This document shows positions 48,750-59,384 of a DNA stretch of 64,000 nucleotides, piece by piece (the first letter of the stretch is position 1; each line of letters begins with the position of its first letter). Source of the stretch: Malacoraja senta (Eukaryota); the NCBI GenBank assembly GCA_038087875.1, contig JAXLNO010000305.1, forward strand, positions 62,001 to 126,000. Direction: 5' to 3'. The translations under genes and the position numbers were made by a program. A model generated the notes under the pieces. The model worked only from the letters and a program-made list of their open reading frames with translations. It did not search any database and was not told where the DNA came from.

Positions 48750-49640
48750 GGTAACATGCCACAATGACTACTGACCAGTGGCACTAATGTCCATGGTGAA
48801 GTGTTTTGAGAGGTTGCTTATGGTGCATATCAACTTCGACAAGAACCTCGACCCATTATAATTTGCCTACCACCATAACAGGTCAACAGAGGATACAGTC
48901 TTGCAGCACTGGACCACTTGGACAATAAAAACACATTTATCAGGCTGTTGTTCATAAACTACAGCTCAGCGTTCCAACATCATCATCCCCTCCAAGCTGG
49001 TTAACAAGCTCACGGAACTGGGTCTCTGCCCATCCCTCTGTAACTGGATCCTCATCAACAGAACACAATCAATATGAATTGGCAGCAACACCCTCCTTGA
49101 TAACCATCAGCAATGGAGCACCTCAAGGCTGTGTGCTCAGCCCCCTACTCTACTCACTCTATACCCATGACTGTGTAGGCAGACACATTTCCAGCTCCAT
49201 CTTCAAATCCGCCGACGACACCACTGTTGTTGGACAAACTATGGACTATAAGTCAGAGTATAGGGTGGAGATCGATCGACTGACAAAATGGTGCCAAAAC
49301 AACAACCTTGCTCTCAACGTCAGTAAAACCAAGGAACTGATTGTTGATTTTAAAAGTTAAAGGCTGAGGATCCACAAACCTGTCTTCATTTAAAAACTTT
49401 ACATTGCTGGACGTGCATATTTCGGAAGATCTGTCCTGGACCCAGAACATCGATGTAATCATAAAGAAAGCTTATCTACTTCCCTAGACGACTAAGGAGA
49501 TTTGGTATGTTAACAAATGCTCTCTTGAACTTCTATAGGTGTACAGTAGAGGGCATATTACTGGTTATATCGCGGCCTAGTTTGGCATGCCCAGGAACAA
49601 AAGAAGATTGCAAAATGTAGTGAACAGGGTCCATCATGGG
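48750..49640 (+). mobile_element. Rex1/Babar RT fragment
   Basis: GAPQGCVLSPLLYSLYTHDC...K(S)ADDTTVVG...NLALNVSKTKELIVDF. Confidence 0.88.
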
Positions 49641-49644
49641 TATT

Positions 49645-51578
49645 GAGAGGGAGAAGGGTAAATCGGAGGTGTAAGTATTACAGTTGAACAAAGGGGTCTA
49701 TGGGGCCATGAGGGAGGAGCTGGCCAAAGTTGACTGGAAAGATACCCTAGCAGGGATGACAGTGGAACAACAATGGCAGGTATTTCTGGGAAAAATACAG
49801 AAACAGGATCAGTTCATTCCAAAGAGGAAGAAAGATTCAAGGGGAGTAAGGGGCGGCCGTGGCGGACAAGGGAAGTCAGGGACAGTATAAAAATAAAAGA
49901 GAAGTACAACATAGCAAAGATGAGTGGGAAGCCAGAGGATTGGGTAACGTTTAAAGAGCAACAGAAGATAACTAAAAAGGCAATACAGGGAGAAAAGATG
50001 AGGTACAAAGATAAGCTAGCCAAGAATATAAAGGAGACAATAGACAATAGGTGCAGGAGTAGGCCATTCGGCCCTTCGAGCCAGCACCGCCATTCAATGT
50101 GATCATGGCTGATCATCCCCAATCAGTACCCCGTTCCTGCCTTCTCCCCATCCCCTGACTCTGCTAATTTTAAGAGCCCTATCTAGCTCTCTCTTGAAAG
50201 CATCCAGAAAACCTGCCTCCACCGCCCGAGGCAGAGAATTCCACAGACTCACCACTCTCTGCGAGAAAAAGTGTTTCCTCGTCTCCATTCTAAATGGCTT
50301 ACTCCTTATTCTTAAACTGTGGCCCCTGGTTCTGGACTCCCCCAACATCGGGAACACGTTTCCTGCCTCTAGCGTGTCCAAACCCTTAACAATCTTATAT
50401 GTTTCAATGAGATTCCCATTCTGAAAGGGACCTGTTAATCCTTACTCTTTGTTTCCTGTCTGCCAACCACTTCTCTATCCATGTCAGCACTCTACCCCCA
50501 ATACCATGTGCCCTAATTTTGCCCACTAATCTCCTATGTGGGACCTTATCAAATGCTTTCTGAAAGTCCAGGTACACTACATCCACTGTTAAAGAAGGAA
50601 CTGCAGATGCTGGAAAATCGAAGGTACACAAAAATGCTGGAGAAACTCAGCGGGTGCAGCAGCATCTATGGAGCGAAGGAAATAGGCAACGTTTTGGGCC
50701 GAAACCCTTCTTCAGACTACACTACATCCACTGGCTCTCCCTTGTCCATTTTCCTAGTTACATCTTCAAAAAATTCCAGAAGATTAGTCAAGAATGATTT
50801 CCCCTTCGTAAATCCATGCTGACTCGGACCGATCCTGTTACTTCTATCCAATTGTTCGGCTATCTCATCTTTTATAATAGACTCCAGAATCTTCCCCACC
50901 ACCGATGTCAGGCTAACTGGTCTATAAATCCCTGTTTTCTCTCTCCCGCCTTTCTTAAAAGGTGGGATAACATTAGCTACCCTCCAATCCACAGGAACTG
51001 ATCCTGAGTCTATAGAACATTGGAAAATTATCACCAATGCATCCACGATTTCTAGAGCCACTTCCTTAAGTACCCTGGGATGCAGACCATCAGTCTATCC
51101 AACACCATTTTCTGCCAAATGTGGATTTCCTTCAGTTCCTCCTTCACCCCAGATCCTCTGGCCACTACTATATCAGGAAGATTGTTTGTGTCCTCCTTAG
51201 TGAAGACAGATCCAAAGTACCTGTTCAACTCATCTGCCATTTCCTTGTTCCCCATAATAAATTCACCTTTTTCGGTCTTCAAGGGTCCAACTTTGGTCTT
51301 AACTAATTTTTTCCTCTTGGTCCAACTTTGGTTTTAACTAATTTTTTCCTCTTAGTAAAAGTTTAGTCAAAGCTTCTTTAGGTATGTGAAGAGGAAAAAA
51401 TTAGTTAAGACCAAAGTTGGATCCTTGAAGACTGAAAAGGGTGAATTTATTATGGGGAACAAAGATATGGCAGTTGAACAGATACTTTGGATCCGTCTTC
51501 ACTAAGGAGGACACAAACAATCTTCCTGATGTACTAGTGGCCAGAGGATCTGCAGTGACAGAGAAACTGAAGGAAATC
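49645..51578. mobile_element. CR1 (+; 49645-50035 and 51352-51578) with a minus-strand, internally deleted CR1 (50036-51350) inserted
   Basis: REELAKVDW..., KTEKGEFIMGNKEMADELNRYF, DWRVANVIP..KKG, YRPVSLTS. CR1 tail at about 50036-50110. Confidence 0.85.
50589..50717 (-). mobile_element. Penelope-derived mini-insertion inside CR1
   Basis: 16-bp TSD tacactacatccactg. Same family as 4101-4217. Confidence 0.85.
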
Positions 51579-52279
51579 TTCTTTTGAATAGACCAATATT
51601 ATGCAAGGTCAACATGGTCAATACATTTGTTCCTTCTCAGCATTCTCAGCAAAAGAAAATTACACTTAAAATAAATCACCAGAAAATTGAGAAATGATAT
51701 TTGAGTTCTAATACAATTAATAATTCAAGAAGCACTTTTGTGCTTTTGCAGACATTTTGCAAAGACTTTCAACTCCAGGACAATGAAAACCCTAAAGTAA
51801 CTAGACAGGGGTGCGTTTAATTTATTAAATATGGAAACAAAGTAACGTCATCCAGAATGAGGTGCAAAGATCTGAAGACCAACACCCCAGAGCAAAACAC
51901 TGCAGGAAGAACAATTGGTCTCAGCCAGTAATAAGAGCTTGGAGTGAGATTTACCAAATGTTCAAAGAAACACATGCAAAATATTTTTATGGAATAAAGG
52001 AAAAGTTTAAAATCAAGTTTCAGAGAAAAAGGAGTATTTGATGGAATTCCAACCCCCAGGACCCAGATAGTTGACAGCACAGATGCCAATGAGAGATTAA
52101 ATTTGATTTTTAAAAGGCCAGAAATGGCTGTATAGCATTAATACAGCCAGGAAAATATGAGGCCGGGGGGTTGAATACATTAAGCCTTTTTACAGAGACT
52201 ATTTTCCTGCTGAAGATAGACACAGAATGCTGGAGCAACTGAGCGGGATAGGTAGCATCTCCGGAGAGAAGGAATAGGT

Positions 52280-52307
52280 GACGTTTCGGGTCGAGACCCT
52301 TCTTCAG
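52280..52307 (-). ncRNA. Minimal hammerhead ribozyme core in a Penelope-derived mini-insertion (52212-52307)
   Basis: Minus strand reads ctgaagaagggtctcgacccgaaacgtc, with an intact core. Confidence 0.6.
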
Positions 52308-52648
52308 ATTTTACTGCTTTTGGTTAGTAATTACTATTAATCACAACACGAATTATTATTCTCTTGAATATTTAATAACAGCCGATATTGCATTTACGAA
52401 CAGCAAAACCGAAAGATATAAATATACAATTTATGATTTTGTCCCAAAAGTACTCCACACACAGACACCCCGAACCATGAAAGCCTGATTTAGCTCTTAT
52501 TGCTGTTCACATAACACTGCTAATGGTTGCTATAAATTGTTACCAATATTAATAAAGAACTAGCAAATTCTTTAATCGTTAGTTCTTACATTAAATAATC
52601 GTTAAACAGCACCATTCAATGCAAGGTGCAATTGGTGAAAATACAAAC

Positions 52649-52720
52649 CTCGGGTAGACTGAACTGGGCCTCGTTTCCTTGGCAACCACGCCTTTCTGGG
52701 AGCTTTCTGAGACAAGGTGC
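52649..52720 (-). other. CEP19: Candidate CEP19 non-coding first exon
   Basis: AG|GTTTGT donor at 52648 next to the X-box and the PIGX start. Consistent with the known head-to-head CEP19/PIGX arrangement. The 5' end is a guess. Confidence 0.35.
52673..52686. promoter_or_regulatory. RFX X-box (GTTTCCTTGGCAAC) in the CEP19/PIGX bidirectional promoter
   Basis: Near-palindromic match to GTTnCC-nn-GGnAAC. RFX factors regulate ciliary genes. About 260 bp upstream of the PIGX ATG. Confidence 0.7.
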
Positions 52721-52943
52721 CTGAAAAAATGAAACGTTCGAAGATCGCATTACGTCTATTTTCACAGACCATTAAGTCGGCTAAAAAAGAATTGACATAA
52801 TCATGGGTTTACCTTCTAGAAATGAACAAGAAATTAATTGAAAATGATTTGATTGAAATGCTCTCAGGCAAAGATCAGGACAGCTGCGCGTTCAGGCCCT
52901 CTGCTGAGGCGGACCAAAGATACTAGAGGGGGCGGACGATGCG

Positions 52944-53025
52944 ATGGATGTGCGTGGGGCGGCGGCGTTGCTCTATGATCTTTGGTTGCTGCTGGTCGCA
53001 TGTGGCTGCATGGGTGTTGCTCAGG
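52944..53025 (+). CDS. PIGX: PIGX coding exon 1, signal-peptide-like (MDVRGAAALLYDLWLLLVACGCMGVAQG)
   Basis: ATG in good context (gcgATGg), hydrophobic core, G|GTAAGG donor, phase 1 compatible with the next exon, synteny with CEP19. Confidence 0.78.
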
Positions 53026-53769
53026 GTAAGGACATGAGAATGTTCTCGCCTTGGCTGATGGAGGGGGCTCGGCCTGCCGCCTGTAATGAAATATGTTCTG
53101 GCGATCCCTGCATCCGTTGTCCTTGTGTAGGAAGGAACTGCAGATGCGGTTTACACCGAAGATAGACACAAAATGCTGGAGTAACTCAGTGGGACAGGCA
53201 GCATCTCTGGAGTGAAGGCATGGGTGACATTTCGGGTCGAGTCTGAAGAAGAATCTCGACGCGATAGGTGTCTATCTTCGTTGTTCTTGGAGTTCGTTGT
53301 AATTGGAGTTCGTGCTTGCCGATCAGTCAGTGAATCTATCAATGGGGTGGGCTGACTAACTTGCTGCGCCTTCAATATTGCATGGTCGGCCTATGGTCCT
53401 GCTCGTGTATATTAAATGCTGGACATCTACATTTTAAATAACACTCTCGGGTTGTAAGGCCGCTGAGGAGAGATGTTTTGGTAGCTTAATCTGAACTGAT
53501 TTGTAGATGCTATCCCACTTCCCAGGCATAAGAGATACCTACCAATTTCTAGTCTCGTAGCACAATTCCCAGATCAAGAGAACTATGATGTGTGCTTTCT
53601 TCAGCAGTTCATTTAATAACGTGGAGTGGCAGGGGTTGAGTTGGAGGGTTAAATTTGAGGTGTAAATGGATAGGAGTGCTGGTGCATGATTCCCAAAAGG
53701 TTAATTTGCATGTTGAATGGGGAGTAAGAAATGTTAATGTTAGCATTCGTTTCGGGAGGACTAGAATAT

Positions 53770-54828
53770 GGGGGGTTGCTCGTAAGGTCAAAGGGCATGA
53801 CACACGGAGCAGCTCAATCCTTCTGGAGTACAAGGCAGCTTCCGGCATACACTAGTAACACACGAAACACGTACGTTCTTGGTCAATGGTCAATATTTGC
53901 GCTGTAAAAATTTGTGGAAATTGGGGTAACTGAGAGAAAACCACCAAAATCACTGCTGCTCACTGAGCAGCGTACCGGCGGATTGAGGGCAAGTCCCGGC
54001 CCACGACAGCCCGGGCTGGAGGATGACTGAGTGCTCTGAACCCGAGCACCAAGGTGCAAGCGGCCGAAGGAGTACATCCCTCTGGACAGCCCCCACTCTC
54101 ACCCCGGGGTCAGTGCTGTCCGGCCACGGCCGCCCTCCGCACCGTCTCCCCCTGTGCGGCAGCACTGTGGATCCGCAGCGCACACACGGGGCCGTGTGGA
54201 GCGTGGCCGCAGCTCTGGGCAGCGGACACACGGGGCCATAAACCCAGCAACGTCCCCGTCAGCTGCAGCAGAGTTGGGGACAGTCTGGTCCCTCCACCCA
54301 CCCAGAGTCACTGACCGCGCTGCACCAGCACCGGACCCCGACCCCCTCACCGGGCTGTTTCACCCACCCGACCCCCGGACCCCGACCCACACACGACACA
54401 TGGGGTGATTCACCCCCCGACCCCCACCACCACACGGGGTGATTTAACCCCACACACGGGGTGATTCACTCCCCCAAACCTCGGACCCCCCACCACCACA
54501 CGAGGTTATTCACCCCCCCCCCCCCCCGGACCGCGACCCACACACGGGGTGATTCATCCCCGACCCCCACACGGGAGGGACAGGCGGCCCGGGGTCTGCA
54601 AGTGTGGAACCAGTCAGCGTGGAGTCCGGATGCTGGGACAGAAGACGGGCCCGCTGTACTGGCAGCCATAGTAAGTGCTTCTGCTTCTTCTTCTTTGGAG
54701 TTTTACGGCAGCCGGCATCCGCAAATATAGTAAGTGCTTACCTGACGTTCACCTCTTGTACTCCAGAAGGCGTTGCGTGGGAACAGTACGGGTCACGGGT
54801 CGTGACCTCGACTGCCGTGCAACCTCCC
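53770..54828. mobile_element. Non-autonomous TIR DNA transposon (3-bp TSD, possibly PIF/Harbinger-like) with GC-rich interior
   Basis: Splits the CR1 sequence ggactagaaTAT|aaaagtagg with TAT duplicated. TIRs GGGGGGTTGCTCG / GGGAGGTTGCACG. 16-bp subterminal inverted repeat at 53819-53834 and 54755-54770. Confidence 0.75.
54325..54575. repeat. Degenerate C-rich tandem repeat (cacacggggtgattcacccc...ggacccc)
   Basis: About 6 imperfect copies visible. Confidence 0.75.
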
Positions 54829-55689
54829 TATAAAAGTAGGGATGTAATGCTGAGGCTTTACAAGGCCCTGGTCAGACCGCATTTGGGGTATGATCATATT
54901 GATCAGCCATGATCATATTGAATGGCGGAGCAGGCTCGAATGGCCTACTCCTGCACCTATTTTCTATGTTTCTATGTATTGTGAGCAGTTTTGGGCCCCA
55001 TATCTGATGAGGGATGTGCTGACTTTGGAGAGGGTCCAGAGGAGGTTTACGAGAATGATCCCGAGTGTTTAACGGCTCTGGCCCCATACTCATTGGAGTT
55101 TAGCAGGATGAGGGAAGGAGAGGGGGTAGGGGTAGGGGGAGGGGGGGGGATCTCATTGAATCCTAGCAACTAGTGAAAGACATGGATAAAGTGGATGTGG
55201 AGAGGATATTTCCACCAGTGGGATAATCTAAGACCGGAGGGTACAGCCTCAAAATAAAAGGATGTACCTTTAGAAAAGAGGTGAGAAATGTATTTAGCCA
55301 AAGGATGGTGAATATGTGGTATTCATTGCCACAGACAGTTGTAGAGGCCAAGCCAAGGCTAAGTGGAACATTCTACTAGGGTGGTGGTACAGGCATACAT
55401 GATTCAAGAGACTTTTGGATAGGCTTATGAATATGCAGGGACTGGAGGATTTTGGATTATGTTCAGACAGATAAGGGTAGATCTTTGCATCATCTTTGGC
55501 ACAGACATTGTGAGCCAAAGGGCCTGTAGTTGATATGCTGTAGTTTTCTGTGTTCTATAAGAACCTGCTTGCAGTGAGGAAATGAGGTGCAGTCCCGCTG
55601 AGTTACTCCAGCTTTTTGTGTCTATCTGTAGGGAGGAAAATGCTTTGTTGCCTAATATATATTGACATGTTACATTTTATGTACAGCTT

Positions 55690-56075
55690 ATTATTTTTTT
55701 AAATAATGAAAGAGAAAAAGAGAGAATAGATTTTTAAAAAAGATAGAAAAACGTGTGATATATGGTGTGTGAAAAGGAAAAAAGGGGGGAAAGAGGAAAA
55801 GTTAAGAAAAGAAAAAAAGAGAGAAAGAGTAAGAAATTGAGGAGATCGTTATTTATATTCTTGACCATCCTTCACCCAGTCCTGAAACAGTTAGTTTCTA
55901 TGATTTTGTTGCACCATATGCTTCCAAAAAGTCGATAAAATGGAGACCAACTCGTTAAGAATTGGTCTGATTTATCTATTAGGAGGAATCGCATTTCCTC
56001 AAGTCCAACATGTTTGAAATCCACATTTTAAGCGTTGGTATGGGTGTATTTTCCCCCAAAATTTAAGTATTATTT
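55690..56075 (-). mobile_element. L1 3' end fragment related to the 34351-38750 element
   Basis: Shares the ORF2 end (ggagaccaactcgtta...aggaggaatcgcatttcctcaag) and the 3' UTR with 34380-34740. Confidence 0.85.
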
Positions 56076-56689
56076 TAAAACTCCTTTTGATATCAATTTA
56101 GTTGCCATTATGAACATTTTCTTTACCCTGCCTCTGTAAAAGGTACTGCAAATTAGCTGTTTTTTACTGTATCTGATATAATTGCAGAATGACATGCGTT
56201 AGATAATGTAGTTACCTTTATCCCGCAACTATTTCTTATCTACGTCCTGCTCCTGAGCAAAGCCCAGTCAGTTTCTGCATGTGCATAGATACTGAGCTCT
56301 AAACCACTGCTTTCAGATTTTGAAACCTTCATTGACTCTAAATTGGCACATTGCTCGATATCTGAAAAAGCAGAAATTTCTTCCAATTAAGTTGTTAGGA
56401 ATCAAAGCCTTTAACTTTAGTTCACACCAGGAACTGTTAGCAGATCACGCTTTTTATTGTCAACCCTTAAATATCTGAAACACTTGATTGTTCGCAATCT
56501 GTTATCACTTATGTTTTTATATGGTTGAGCCTTGGACCATATACCTACACTATATTAAATCTGCATATTTCCACCACCATGAATGTTGCTGCATTTTGCC
56601 TCTGCATTATCATTTTTATTGGTGAACTATCACATCCAGTCTAGTCCTTTGTTACTTTTGGACTGACAGCCACAAAGTTAAGATGGGGC

Positions 56690-57600
56690 CGACGGTTTTT
56701 ATTTAAGTGCTGACACCAGAACTTCCTCCAACTAAACGAGAGTAAGTCTGAGGCCATCTTACTCGGCCCCTCGGACTCAATCAAAATGATAGCAGACAGC
56801 CTTGGAAGCCTTACCCCATTACTCAAAGCTCACGTCAAAAACCTTGGCGTGATATTTGACTCCGCGTTGAAATTTGATAAACAAGTCAATGCCATGGTAA
56901 AAGCTAGCTTCTTCCAGCTTCGGACGATAGCTAAAATAAAACAATTCCTCCAATTTGATGACCTCGAAAAGATCATCCACTCATTTATCTCCTCCCGCCT
57001 TGATTACTGCAACTCCCTTTACACTGGCATCAGCCAATCATCCCTGTCCCGCCTGCAATTGGTCCAAAACGCCGCAGCGAGACTCCTGACGGGCACCCGA
57101 AAAAGGGACCACATCACCCCGATTCTGGCCTCTCTCCACTAGCTACCTGTGCGGTTCTGAATCAATTTCAAGCTCCTTCTTTATGCATACAAAGCCCTTA
57201 ACGGGCTTGCCCCCACCTACATCAAAAATCTACTTACCCACCATACCACCTCCAAGTTCCTCAGATCGGACGACTTGGGGTTACTGACCATCCCGCATAA
57301 GCTCAGGGGCGACAGCGCTTTTGCGGTTGCAGCTCCTAGACTATGGAACAGCATCCCTCTTCCCATCAGAACTGCCCCCTCCATCGACTCTTTTAAGTCT
57401 AGACTTAAAACATTTCTACTCTCAAGCCTTTCTTGAGGTCATCTGAGGGAGCGCTGTATGTATGTATCTATGTATATATTGTTGATCAATGTACCACTGT
57501 TTGTAGCACGTTAGTACCTGCACCAATGTAAAGCACTTTGGTCAACGAGAGTTGTTTTAAATGTGCTATAGAAATAAAATTGACTTGACTTGACTTGACC
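56690..57600 (+). mobile_element. L2 LINE 3' fragment
   Basis: VKNLGVIFDS...SSRLDYCNSL...LQLVQNAAARLLT...HITPILASLH; (tgact)n tail. Confidence 0.9.
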
Positions 57601-58732
57601 AGTAGATTGTCACAATTGGGAGCATTTTGGTTTCATTTCAGTGATGATCATTAGTGAGGATGACTGCAGGGAAGTCTGAATATTTTATGATGGAGAAATG
57701 TGGTATTGTTCTTATCTTCAAAAATGTATAACAATCTTTTGGCAGCAAATGTGCCAAAAGCAGTGACATCAAGCTGCACTTATTCTTCAATAACCTAGTC
57801 ACTTCTGGTTTCACTTGTAAAATCTATTCATTAACACACCCATGATATAGACAGCACAGAGCTGAAGAGTTGAGCGTGAGATGGTCCTTGACATCAAGCA
57901 GAATTTTTAAGCATTTGAACCTTGGCAAAACTGAAGTTAGTGAAAGTAAAGGTATACTCTACCAACTGAAGCCACACATCACTCAGGGAAGATGGCTATA
58001 GTTCTTGAAAGGTGTCCTCAGGACAACGTCCTAGGCTCTTAGCCATCTTAGGCTGCTTTGGTTCCTTAGAAAATGAAGCAAGACCTGAAAGTATAGCAGA
58101 ATATGGTCAACAGTCAGGCACAGGTTGATAGGTTGTGAATAAATATTCACACTGCTCCTGACAAGAGAGTCTGACACACACCCAGAAGTTGATGGACATC
58201 ATTTAAATGCCTCTTCCAAAAGTTGATACCTCCATCCAGTGCAGTATTCCTTCACTGGAGTGTCAACCAAGTATCTTGTGTTTCATTTGTAAACAAGCCT
58301 GTCATAAATTGAGCCATAGCTGACTTTCAAGTTGTTAATTGGTAGCAAAACAATTTGGGATATCTGAAATAGTGAAAAACACTGTAGAATGTGTAACATT
58401 TTGCTCTCCTTTATGAAGCCTACTTTTAGAACTTTAATTGCCTTTTAATGGTTTAATAAACCACCCTGCCACCATTCTGCTGTTTTTGCTCTATATGCTT
58501 TTCCTGGAGATCTCGGATTATTGAAGTGTGTTTAAAATTTAGTAATACTATTGTGGGTACCGGGAGAAGGGATTGTAGATAGGGAACTTCCAGAAACTGT
58601 GAAATCTTGTGCTTGGAATATGTTAAATTTGAAAATTATTTCTTGTTGAATTACATGTGTTGAATACTGACTGAAGCTGCGAATGGATTCTTGTTGTGCT
58701 GTAATATCCTGAATATACTGTTGTTTCTGCAG

Positions 58733-58811
58733 GTGGAAATCACTTGACCTCTGAATCCTGGCTACAATCAGTGAGTCTGAACAGAAGTATTGTCAAGAAT
58801 GGGTTTCACCG
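58733..58811 (+). CDS. PIGX: PIGX coding exon 2 (GNHLTSESWLQSVSLNRSIVKNGFHR); later exons lie beyond the window
   Basis: ttgtttctgcag acceptor and GTATGT donor. Ends in the KxGFHR motif of the PIG-X/PBN1 family. Confidence 0.88.
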
Positions 58812-59143
58812 GTATGTATTGTAACAATATAGATATTTTTAAATGTCCTTGCCACACAGCTAATGTGTACTTGCATCCTATGTTTTAAGTAAATTTGTAA
58901 AATTCAAAAAAACTTTGGGTAATCCAAATAATTTCAAGGCCTAAAACTATAAGGATGGATATAAATAAATTACTCAGTAGAGTAAGCTCATATGAGTTTT
59001 ACAATTTGGTATTGAATTAGATGTGTTTGGTTGAAACAGCAGGGGTTAGTGTGTGGAATGAATTTCAATGTTATTGGACACAAGTAAAAAATGTTCAAGT
59101 TTTGTTGATTTTCATTTTTCTACTACGCACTTAATATAGATGT

Positions 59144-59384
59144 TTTGGCGAGTTGGAGACGGTAAGTTGGTTTGAATTGTTTTATTTTAACGAAACAACG
59201 AGCCAACGAGAGTTGATAAGACAACCAAATTTACAATGTGGTTTCCACAAGTGTGGGCGCTAGACTGACAGTTACTGACAGTTACAGCAAAAAAAAACTG
59301 CCAATAGAACACCTGCGCTCATGAGACTCCTCCAGCCAATCACGAGGGTTTGATTACCCAGAACCACCACCGGGTGGCGCTACA
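59144..59384 (-). repeat. 3' LTR of the Gypsy element
   Basis: Direct repeat of 63339-63572. Preceded on the minus strand by a G-run polypurine tract. Confidence 0.93.

Larger units (their letters stand above)
53650..55560 (+). mobile_element. CR1 fragment hosting the TIR element and a short CR1-tail insertion (about 54890-54977)
   Basis: YKSRDVMLRLYKALVRPHL and YCEQFWAPYL...ERVQRRFTRMIP. Confidence 0.8.

Noticed and set aside
53900..54830. Host CpG-island promoter or novel gene (many short GC-rich ORFs)
   Set aside because: The block lies inside a TIR/TSD-bounded insertion in a CR1. The ORFs have no recognisable domains, and the PIGX start is 1 kb upstream.
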